DNA of 64,000 bases from contig NC_058368.1 of assembly GCF_018350175.1 (NCBI RefSeq), positions 141,858,001 to 141,922,000 on the forward strand. Direction: 5' to 3'. This document shows positions 26,465-36,715 of the stretch, in pieces. Each line of letters opens with the position of its first letter. Position 1 is the first letter of the stretch. The notes under the pieces are model-generated. The model made no database searches, was not told the DNA's origin, and saw only the letters and a list, made by a program, of their open reading frames with translations. The DNA is from Felis catus (lineage: Eukaryota). The translations under genes and the position numbers were made by a program.

Positions 26465-26995
26465 GCCTAAGGCTGACAGCAACGCCTGAGCTGGCAATAG
26501 TGCTATTCCATTTGATTTATAGAATAATGGGGTGACAAATGACGACAAAAATAAACTTTTACTGCACTGAACTGCTCCTTTATTTATGAAATTTGGCCAA
26601 GTAGTGAAATCTTTTATCTGCAAGTTGTAACATGGAGTGGGAGCGAGCGATTATGGTGTGGTAATAGTAACCCAGCGATGGAGGCTGAGTCAGTTGGAAA
26701 TGGATTGAGGTAAAATAACTACCGCACCATGATAAATGTGAACAGCGCTTTGCTGACAGATGATCTAACAGGTGTTCATAACAACTATATAAGAGGATTT
26801 ATTTATGACCAGCCACAGCCGCAGCACTGTAAATCAACTCCAGCAGCTGCACACCGCTGAAACCAGGTCCCTGATGGAGGAACGGTGCAAGAGCCCAAAG
26901 AACACAATTCACTCCAGAATCTTAATCATCAAATAACATTTTTTTAGGTAATTACACCACAGCACAGAAATCATAATTACTTTCAATTAGAAAAC
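26465..26995. promoter_or_regulatory. Candidate developmental enhancer with PBX-HOX and MEIS motif cluster
   Basis: TGACAG at 26474 and 26754, TGATTTAT at 26513, TGATAAAT at 26730, TTTATGAC at 26802, and TGATTTAC on the minus strand at 26829-26836. Confidence 0.55.
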
Positions 26996-27807
26996 GGAGC
27001 TGCCCATAACTTTGTTTACAAAATATTTTTATTTAGGCCCTGTGGTTTTGATGAGGCACGAGCAAAATAGAGGCCCCGGGGTCACGGGAAGAGTGCCCTT
27101 GGGCGTTGGCGATTTCTGTGTGATGCCAGTATGAGGCTCTTTCATGACGGCTTCATTTTTTAAGTCAAAAATCAAGCCTTAAGTTGGGAGGATACTTGGT
27201 TTCCTCCAATGTCTGCATTCACTTCCTGGGGGCAGTGTGTTTGGGTTCACACCTTACCCTTTCTTGTTCCTAACTTTACATGGTTAAATAACAAAGGGAA
27301 TAAGCCTATAATAGTGAACTCATGAGAAATGGGGAGTTTAAATTCAGGCTGAGGGGCCCATCTTTAGACAGCTTTTCAAAATTTGCAAAGGCAAAATGTA
27401 ACATTTTTCTTTTTGTAGGTGGCGGTCTTAAGATTTCCTTTGTTATCCATGGAGATGGTTGACCCTACCGTAAAACAAGAGTCCTCACTCATCACACTAC
27501 TTAAAAAACTAAAAAAGAGAAGATGCTCTTCTAAGAGGAACAAATCACAATCTCGGTTGAGGTACGTTTTCAGAGCTAATCTGTCTTCCCTCCTTCCCTC
27601 TCATATTATGAAACTCCCTCCTCGGCAACCCCTCCCAGGCCACTTAACGAGAAGGGTGGGCAAGGCGAGGCTTCCCTGTTCTCCCCAACCACACGTGCGG
27701 CACCTGCAGTCTGCACGGGCTTACATGAATGAACCCACTGGCAGAATTATCTGCTGGTCAGGCTTTCTAGACATCTCTGCATCTGAGAATAAAGATTCTC
27801 CTGCACT

Positions 27808-27900
27808 GGGAAGCCTGGCTGGCTCATTCAGTACAGCGTGCGACTCTTGATCTCAGGGTCATGAGTGCGAGGTCCACGTTGGGTGTAGAGAGTACTTAAA
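27808..27900 (+). mobile_element. Short old tRNA-derived carnivore SINE lacking the CT tract (SINEC_old-like)
   Basis: gcctggctggctca...gcgactcttgatctcagggtcatgagt...ttgggtgtagagagtacttaaa. Confidence 0.8.
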
Positions 27901-28637
27901 TTCATCTACACTTAAGCCTCATCTTTGGTGTCTCTGGCACTCAAGGCTGTAGATGAGAAAGCAGTGTCTTACGTCATTAAAGACAAGTTTGAGTCTGTTG
28001 TAGTAATTCCATATTTGAGTTCTGAGGGGTTAGGGTCTTCAGTGTATACATTTATGGAAGCAGCCAGGAATTACACGTACAAGTGACTGTGCATCAAACT
28101 GGCTCCAGGAAAAGACAGACATGAGGGAAGATTAGACATCACTTAAACGTACAATCACTACCAGTAAGTGGATACCAATGGAATTTCATGTTCATTAGGT
28201 ACTCTGTAAATCAAAAACGACTCCTTTGAGAACCTGGAAATAACTGAAAAGCATAGGAAATACCTAAAATCCCCAAGGAAATATCTAAAATTGGCTTACA
28301 AGTGGGAGAATAGAACCAACAACGTTGATTTCTCCTGATTTCTAGTTCACTGGTTCCCAACCTTCTTTTCCTGCCTCTCCACTGTTTCTAAGTGCAGCAC
28401 AGCCCCACCCGTAGTATCGCAACCATTGGTTCCTCCTCTAAACTGCCACAGCACACTGAGCTGGAGACCTGGGGGCTGGTGTCAGGGAGACCCTGGGAGG
28501 GGAAAAAGGAGAAATGAGGGCGCAGAGAGTGGTGCAGAGGTAATGCCACTCCCTGTACAAAGGTACATTTTAAGAGACGGCCTCAGTTGAGAACAATATA
28601 TTCTTCCTTCTCCCACTCCTAGAAACTCTTTTCTCTT

Positions 28638-28868
28638 TTTTTTTTTTTTTTTAAATTTTTTTTTTCAACATTTATTTATTTTTGGGACAGAGAGAGACAC
28701 AGCATGAACGGGGGAGGGGCAGAGAGAGAGGGAGACACAGATACGGAAACAGGCTCCAGGCTCTGAGCCATCAGCCCAGAGCCTGATGCGGGGCTCGAAC
28801 TCCCGGACCGCGAGATCGTGACCTGGCTGAAGTCGGACGCTTAACCGACTGCGCCACCCAGGCGCCCC
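28638..28868 (-). mobile_element. Young SINEC_Fc with 14-bp TSD
   Basis: TSD aactcttttctctt at 28624-28637 and 28869-28882, intact CpGs and a long pure tail. Confidence 0.96.
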
Positions 28869-29518
28869 AACTCTTTTCTCTTCTAAATGCCATCCAACTT
28901 TTAAGACCTAGCTAGCTTCATTGCCACAGTTGAACTTTCACAGACCTCTCTAACCCATTGATCACTTCTTTCCCCAAATCCAACAGCATTTACTGGTGTG
29001 ATCTGACAATTAATCATGCGACTGCTTCACAACTCTTCCCAGAAACGATTTCAGCTTTCAAACAGCTGTGTTCCAAGTGTGTTGGTCAAGTGATCATGTG
29101 AAATCCAAAACATTTTCATTCAAACACTAATTTCACATGGTGGTTAACTTACCAGGTCAGGTCTTAAAATAGTGCTTGCTCTGTAAAACAGTTGAAAACT
29201 GGTAGGAAAAAAGTGACGTTACTAAGAAAGAAAGAGAGTAAAACATTCATTTTAGTCATACTGAAAGCTATTTGTCAGGAAGGAGATGGAGACTGAAGAT
29301 TCAGGAAAGAAATTTCATGATCCATTTAAGGGCATGTTTTTCTATTAAACACAATTTCCATTCATCTAGAAATATAACACTATCATAAACTTTTTTTTTC
29401 TGATTCCTGTAAAATCTCAAGTAAAGAGTGACAGTGATCATAAAAACTTTTCTTGAGGTAACTGGTCAAGTTGGAAGGCAGAAGGGAAGGAAAAGGATGA
29501 TTAAAAAAAAAAAAGGCA

Positions 29519-29693
29519 GGGACGCCACTGAGGTGGCTCAGTCAGTTGAGTGTCCAACTCTTTGATTTTGGCTCAGATCATGATCCCAGGGTTATGGGAT
29601 CGAACCCTGAGTTGGGCTCCATGCTCAGCATGGAGATGCTCTCTTTCCCTTGGCCTTTCTGCCCCTTTCATGCTCTCTGAAAGAAAAAAAAAA
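29519..29693 (+). mobile_element. Older CanSINE
   Basis: gtggctcagtcagttgagtgtccaactc...catgatcccagggttatgggatcgaaccc followed by an A tail. Confidence 0.88.
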
Positions 29694-31192
29694 CAAGCGC
29701 ATGGTCAGAAAGTAATTGCCTTTCAATGAACTGACCTCCAACTGATGGAAGAACCATCAATGGCTGGTCTGGTTAAACCACCTGTGTGAGGAGAGGGGAG
29801 GTGGAGGTGAAGAGATGGGTTCAGCAACTTGGAGGGGGGGTGTGATAGTTCACTTAAAGCTATTTGACTTGGCACCCAAAGTGCGTGGGGGTGGGGAAGG
29901 CGAGCCTACATTAGTATGTAAACGAAGTTAGTTTGCAAACCAGGGCTCCCTGACTGAGTGGAGTCCATACTGCCATTTCTTCATTTATTGCCAGCTGGAC
30001 TGTGGTTTCTTGAGAGATATAGAACGCATCTTGTATTTTACTATACCCAACAGTGGTTAACCGCAGCTCTTCATGTTCCACGGTAGACAGTCTTGAAATA
30101 GAAAGGAAATAGTAAGAATTTGTTAATTTTGCATTATAACATAGGGCTTTTTACCCCCTTATTATGTGAAAAGAGGATTTTCCCCCTTTAAACACAGTCC
30201 CGTATAAGGTAAGAGAAGTTAGAGAGAGGAAACAAAGAAAGTCAAAGAGCTTAGCTTTTCCTCTAGCTAGCTAAACTTTGCTTTTCAAAACCTTCCTTTA
30301 TGTCATTCATCATTCTGGATTCTTGTCTTCTCTAATATATAACTTCTTAACATGAAACAGGTTACAAGGGCAAACTTTTCATAAGCTATTAGGAAGTTAT
30401 TTAAATATTTGCAAATGGTAACTGGGAAGGGCAAGTATGAAGTACTTTAATTTGATTAAGTTCATTGTTATAGTCTCTTCAGAATAAAAACATTCTCCTT
30501 TTCTTATAATAAATAAAGCAAATGTATTGGGATACCAAAAATGAGGCAGTGTGATACCAAAAATGAGGCTCAGTCTGAAATACACTATGAGAGCCATTCT
30601 TCAAGATTGGTGTACATAAAATGTCCCATTAAGTGGACATTAAGATGAAAAAATATAGCTAGAATTAAGAATTCAACATTGACTAACTCGACTCAATGGA
30701 ACAATTTAAAGATAATCATGGATTATGATAAAGTTAAAGGAAATATGAGGTAAGGAACTATGAAACATTGTACCAAAAAAGGAAGAACACCCCCCCTCCC
30801 CTGCCCTCCGCCAAATCTTTAACTTGGGAATTTCGTTATTTTTCTAATTTCATTTATATGAAAAATATTTTAATGATGTTAAAATGGCTTCAACTGTTCG
30901 CATACCACATTACATTATTTAGTATACATTTTAAATCTAAGTTAGCTATCAAAAATATATCTTATTCAAAAATAAACTTCTACTGAAATTTCCTTAATTT
31001 AAAAATATGTACCTATAAATGACCTATTTTCAAAGATAAGAAGTGCCCTAATTTAAGGAAAACAAAAAGCTGTCTACATCACAACATACATTTCCCCTCT
31101 GCTTTGATGCATTAAGTGTAAATATGTTTTTCAGAAAATAGGTATTTATCCCTTCAAATTCTTTCTAACATTTCAAACACTTGTTGACTTAA

Positions 31193-31376
31193 GGGGTACC
31201 TGGGCGGCTCAACTGGTTAAGCGACTGGCTTCGGCTCAGGTCATGGTCTCATGGTTTGTGAGTTCGAGCCCCACGTCAGGCTCGGTGCTGACAGCTCCGA
31301 GACCGGAACCTACTTCGGATCCTCTCTCCCTTTCTCTCAAAAATAAAGAAACATTAAAAAAAAAATTTTTTTTTAA
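31193..31376 (+). mobile_element. CanSINE with 12-bp TSD
   Basis: TSD ttgttgacttaa at 31181-31192 and 31377-31388. Confidence 0.93.
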
Positions 31377-31914
31377 TTGTTGACTTAAAAACCCAAAGTT
31401 ATTAAGTAAGCCCTGAGAAACAGGATTAATAAAAGGAAGTGCCAACAGCTTGCAATTATGAAGATGTGTCTGGTGGCAGCATTGCCATCGCATGTAAGGT
31501 TCCAGAATGAGGTAGAACATGTGACTTCTGTAGCAATACTTCTCATCCAGATTAACTGCTGTATTTCAAGAGCAGGACAATTTAACCATCTTGTTTGCTC
31601 TCTCCAGCTTACAAGTTTGAACTGAAATGATTTTTCACATCTATTTTGTTCTTCTCAACATGTATATTCCAGGGATGTTTCATTATGGTTTTTTTTCTCT
31701 TTATAGATGTTCTACAATGTTTCCATCAATGCATAGTCCCTTTTAAAAAATCCTTATTTTTTAAGGAATTTTGGCTCCACGGAAAGGGAAACGACTAGCA
31801 TATACTAACTGAAAGAGTATTACCTTGTATCAGAAAGATAAATAAAATTTCAACCGGTTTTAAAGAGGTATAAAAATCTCAGAAAAAATTTTTCTGGTTA
31901 GACAATAACTTTTT

Positions 31915-32135
31915 GGGGCGCCTGGGTGGCGCAGTCGGTTGAGTGTCCGACTTCAGCCAGGTCACGATCTCGCGGTCCGTGGGTTCGAGCCCCGCGTCAG
32001 GCTCTGGGCTGATGGCTCAGAGCCTGGAGCCTGTTTCTGGTTCTGTGTCTCCCTCTCTCTCTGCCCCTCCCCCGTTCATGCTCTGTCTCTCTCTGTCCCA
32101 AAAATAAATTAAAAAAAAAAAAAAAAACCAAAAAC
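31915..32135 (+). mobile_element. Young SINEC_Fc
   Basis: ggggcgcctgggtggcgcagtcggtt head with intact CpGs, flanked by (ga)caataactttt and (ga)gaataactttt. Confidence 0.95.
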
Positions 32136-32147
32136 GTTGAGAATAAC

Positions 32148-32347
32148 TTTTTTTTTTTAATGTTTTACTTATTTTTGAAAGAGAGAGCCAGCATGAGTGG
32201 GGGAGGGGCCGTGAGTGGGACAGATACCTGAAGTGGGCTCCACACCGACAGCAAGAGAGCCTGGTGTGGGGCTCAAACCCATGAAATGCGAGACCATGAC
32301 CTGAGCCGAAGCTAGATGTGCAACCAACTGAGCCACCAAGGCAACCC
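32148..32347 (-). mobile_element. Older CanSINE, tail-to-tail with the preceding copy
   Basis: Poly-T tail and head caactgagccaccaaggcaaccc, with degenerate TSD ctggt(t/c)aga(c/g)aataa at about 31894 and 32347. Confidence 0.9.
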
Positions 32348-32865
32348 TGGTCAGAGAATAATCTTAATGAAAATAATCTTAACTTGTTGAAGTTAGCCAA
32401 CAAACACTCCCGGGAAAAGTGCTGATATGTTGATCACGTAACAGGTTTTTAAAATTTCCAGAACTAGATTTATAGTGATTAGTTTCCAAAGGTGTTTCAG
32501 TCCACCTAAGTTGGGCATCAAGATCTATAAAGGAACAATGAGATTCAAAGAATTTATTCAGCAGGTGTAATAGGCCTTACAATCTGATCTCTACTAATCA
32601 AAATTGCACAGAGACATTTTACTGTACAACATGATGGATTTTTATTATTAAATATCCAATTTTTTCTTGGAGTTAACTACTCTATGACACAACCAGAAAA
32701 TCTACCTGGATTTGAAAGTGGTTTTTCTTTCACTAACTAAACCCCATTAATTGCTTCTTTGTGAATATAACAAGCTATTTACTTTTAAAACAATTATCAG
32801 CATATGAACTTCAGGATTACACACACTCATTAAAAATGCAAAGACACATGTTATTCATATGCTAG

Positions 32866-32871
32866 TTTATT
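32866..32871 (-). terminator. AP3B1: Polyadenylation signal AATAAA of AP3B1
   Basis: tttatt on the + strand, followed on the minus strand by a GU/U-rich element (catgtgtctttgcatttttaatgagtgtgtgt). Alternative hexamers are ATTAAA at 32969-32974 and AATAAA at 32641-32646. Confidence 0.8.
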
Positions 32872-33225
32872 ATTCATAGATGATTTCATGACGAGCATTG
32901 TCAATAACCAATTACAATACCAGGAAATTCACAGAACAAAATTTTGCAGAGATCTTATTGTTTCTGTATTTAATTCTAAAAAGTATGCTATTCCAATAGC
33001 AATAGTATTTTCACATACCCAGCTCAGAGGCCATTTAGATTATTTCTAGGGCTAATTTTTGGTTGCGGTGGGAGGGAGGATGATTTCCAACGAACTTAAA
33101 ACACCCAATTCATGTCCATCACTGTGGAAAAAGAGAAGGAAGAGGAGAAGGCCAGAAGAAGTAGCAGGACAGAGAAAATGCCACAAAGATTCAAGAGTTG
33201 AGAAAACTGACAGTAAAATATATGT

Positions 33226-33235
33226 TCTTTGGTTA
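33226..33235 (-). promoter_or_regulatory. AP3B1: miR-9-5p 8mer target site in the AP3B1 3' UTR
   Basis: The + strand tctttggtta equals miR-9-5p nt 1-10 (UCUUUGGUUA), so the mRNA carries UAACCAAAGA. Confidence 0.75.
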
Positions 33236-33431
33236 GCAAAGTGAAAAGGGGGAAAGTACTGCATACATGATAGATACACACTAGCATTCTAAAGCAGGAG
33301 ACAAGAATGTCAAGAGTGTATTCTTCCCCCACTGCCAGATGGAAGGGCTATTATTATAAATGAAAGGCAGCAGTAGTGGATGCCAGGCACTTTTGTTGTG
33401 TGCCAGATTCTGAAGTCCAGATGTAAGCAGG

Positions 33432-33585
33432 TTACCCCTGGGACAGGACAGGCTTCAGCTCCCGCAGCAGAACAGAACCGATCACCGTTTTCTCGGTGTT
33501 GATGATAAGCTGTGCTGTGGAGCCTTCCTTCAGTTCCACTGTAACTAGCATCAACGACCCACTGTGCACAGTTTTAGCTGCAAAC
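33432..33585 (-). CDS. AP3B1: AP3B1 terminal coding exon (154 nt to stop), encoding FAAKTVHSGSLMLVTVELKEGSTAQLIINTEKTVIGSVLLRELKPVLSQG*
   Basis: Long pyrimidine tract and ttcag| acceptor, TAA stop at 33434-33432, and the recognisable AP3B1 C-terminus. Confidence 0.98.
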
Positions 33586-34674
33586 CTGAAGGAAAAAAAA
33601 AAAAGAGGGAGAGAGAGCTTTTATCATGAGGGAGGAAAAACGGAGATGGCATACATTCAAATAGGTTTAAAACAGTTCTTTTTTTCTCAATAATTTCTTG
33701 CAGGTTCCCTACTGCCAAAACCCAAAGCCAAGCATTCTTCTGAAAAATCAATAAACTGCCCAGCACCATGCTTACCACAAGCAGGTAATTTCAGTGCGTC
33801 TTTAGAACAAAACAAGAAGAGGAAGTCTATTTTACTTATTAGTTTGAACAAGAGACTTATGTGAATAATTCTCCATTAACATATATTTGGGAATCATTCA
33901 TTTGATATTTAATATTCCACCATGCCTAGGGTCACATAAAATAAACCACTGCGTTTTTATTTTTAAAACATGTTGAGAAAAGGTACTTTTCTCAAAGAGC
34001 TTGAAATTTTAAGTCCTCATATCTGAAAATGATTATGCAAGAAGTTAGATAATTTTATGTACATTATAAAACTTACGTTTCAAAAATTCATGCATGTTAA
34101 AATATTCAAATTCAGTCTCTAACGTTGATGATGACATATAACAATACCACGTGACAGCCAAATGCAACACCCACACTCCCTCTTTTTAAATTTTTTTTTA
34201 ACGTGCAGAATGTTACATACTTCTTTTTGCTTTAGAATAGAGGAAACTTGAGGTCTAAGGCTCCATTACTAAATTCCAAGACATGAAGAATCTACTAATT
34301 ACACGGAATTAAAAGCAAAACTAGCCTTTTAAGCACTGCAATTGACTGAAAAGCCGTTGGAGGCACAATGAACTTCTGTCAATCCTGCTAATTCATTCTG
34401 CACGCACAGTTGAGCCCCAGAGACGTGAAGGAAGAGGACGGAACCCTCCTAGGCCTCCATTTTCCACATGGAGCATGTTCCACACATTTTTTTTAGGGGG
34501 GTGGGAGGGGGTTTGATTGCAGGGATGACTGGAGAAAAACAAAGTTGCTGCACATGAGCTTTTGAAAACACTAACAAGTGTAGAGCAGGTCTGTGACCTG
34601 CTGTGACCCCACTTTGCAGGGCCAATCCCCTTTCCCCTTTCTGTATGACACGTGTCTGAATCTGAGCCATCTGC

Positions 34675-34965
34675 CTCAATTTGCGCAACATCTTCAGCCA
34701 CAATGGCACCCAGTTAGCCCTGACAACAGCTCACAATACATAAAAATAAAACTGCCGCGCTGACAGCACGCCGCGGACTATTCAAGAGCAAACCAACTGG
34801 TCAGTGTCTCATGTCTGACAATTAGCATGGGCCTTGCGCAGAGCCCACGGTGTCCTCAGGGATCTGTTTAATTACCATCAACATAAAAGAGGGAGTTTAT
34901 CAGGAGACACTCAGAAAAACTTCACTCCCAACTTAATTAAAATATTAGCCACTTAAGCAGGAAGC
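34675..34965. promoter_or_regulatory. Candidate intronic enhancer in the last AP3B1 intron
   Basis: Local CpG retention (gccgcgc, acgccgcgg), TTGCGCAA, TGACAG, TGACAATTAG and two TTAATTA motifs in an AT-rich intron. Confidence 0.45.
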
Positions 34966-36544
34966 AGATTCTCTTTAAATGAAAAGTAATTTCTTCTTTG
35001 AGTTTTCAAAAATGACATCAAGATCCCATAACACATTCGATTCTTCTTTTTGGAAACCTAGCAAGCCATTTTTGACCTGAACGGAATAACGAAAATCAGT
35101 TTTCCAACAGTAATTAGAATAATGACTCAAAAGCAAAACAAACAGGCTAATATGAAGATATTATCCACATTTTTAAGTTGCATTTTAAGGTATAAGCTAG
35201 TGGGTTGTTGATAAAGTATGTTAGAAACCTTTGCTGTCATTTATTTGTGTATTTTCTACAAACATGGAAAGCTACTCTCTCCAAACACATGGAAGACTTG
35301 TAAGGAATCCGACAGAGCAGTTTTCCTACTGCGAGAAGCAACTGTAAGTAACCGTGTGCTCTTCAGATGTCCACACAGGACCCAAGGAACTGTTTCCTAA
35401 TCTCATCTTTTAGAGAGCACAAACATCAGCGGCCCTACCACGACCGACCCCCTTTTCTATCACCCCTTCCAAGTTTATGCATTTCTTTTGTCCAAACTTT
35501 TGGGATTCTTCTGCTTCACAGGAGAATCCTGTTTCTGTATTTCTGTTAAACCATGTCTGTATGTCGGACTAGGCAGCTCTACTGTCCTACTCATTTATGT
35601 AACTTTTCTCCCCACAGATTTGATCATCACCCAATCTTCATTCAACACATCTTTCAACAGAGGTCTCTATTTCTGACAGGGTTATAATTATGTAAACAAT
35701 AGTCTTATTAGTCCCTTTATTTACTTAACACTTGTGCCTTGGGACTGTAGAGAAGGAGATTATGTCTCAACAGGAACACAAAAGCACTTGAATTTCAGGG
35801 TTGCACAGCCCCAAGGCACATTTTATCTCTTTTGCATTAAAAACTTAGAATCGATGCTCCACTAATACAAACTCAGCAGAGACAAATGTCAATTTTGATG
35901 CCAGTATGTTTACAGAGATTAAAATTAGTGTCTTGTACACGTTTTTGAAATCCTATTACCATAAAAATTCTCAATAGTGTAAAGATTAGGGGCAGTAAAG
36001 AAAAGAGGCATTTGCTTACCCTACAGTGGAAATATGCTAAGCAAATCATCCTAGCAATAAAATCTGTTAGCTGGTATAAAAGCTACTGCCTGTTAGCTAG
36101 GTCTCTGTGTTCTAGTGGGCACAAATGGTGGAAGCAATGTTTTAAAGCAAGCGACTAGAAGATCAGATGTTCTGACATTCTCATTTCACAGTTCAAAAAG
36201 GATGTATTTAATTGGAACACAGCATGATTACAACTGGTTTGTTTTGGTCCATGAAAAGCAAAGCCACCCCCGCCCCAAATTTATTAATCATTTAATGCCT
36301 GAACAGGCTATGCTTTAACATACACTGAAAAGACAGTTATGGAAAGAGTACCAGTTAATAAATACCACATAGCTTTTGGATGTAAGAAACATTGGTTATA
36401 AAGACAGCTTGGGTCAAACACTTCTATGTTAAATTTAATGGCTGACATCAGAACTTCTGTGCCTGACCTCAAACGAAGATTAACACGGTGACAAAACTTT
36501 TTCGGAAGACATGTGAGGTTTTCGATCACTGCAGTGATAACTGC

Positions 36545-36715
36545 AGCTACCATTTATTAAGTGTTTTGTGTAGTGGGTACTTATTTGATTCTATGAGGCA
36601 GATTACAGATGAGGGAAGTGAGGCCCACAGAAGTTGAGATACGTACCCAGGGGCACACAGCCAGTGAATGGTTGAGCAGGAATTTGAACCCAACTATTCT
36701 GATTCTGGATCATAC
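36545..36715 (-). mobile_element. MIR element
   Basis: ttacagatgagggaagtgaggcccacagaag...ggaatttgaaccca is the antisense MIR core. Confidence 0.8.

Larger units (their letters stand above)
32848..33431 (-). other. AP3B1: AP3B1 3' UTR (about 0.58 kb, end approximate)
   Basis: Runs from the stop codon to about 15-20 nt past AATAAA and contains no recognisable repeats. Confidence 0.8.

Noticed and set aside
27808..27885. tRNA-like sequence (also 43970-44053 and 44758-44835)
   Set aside because: tRNA-derived SINE heads with SINE-type 3' ends and decayed stems, not tRNA genes.
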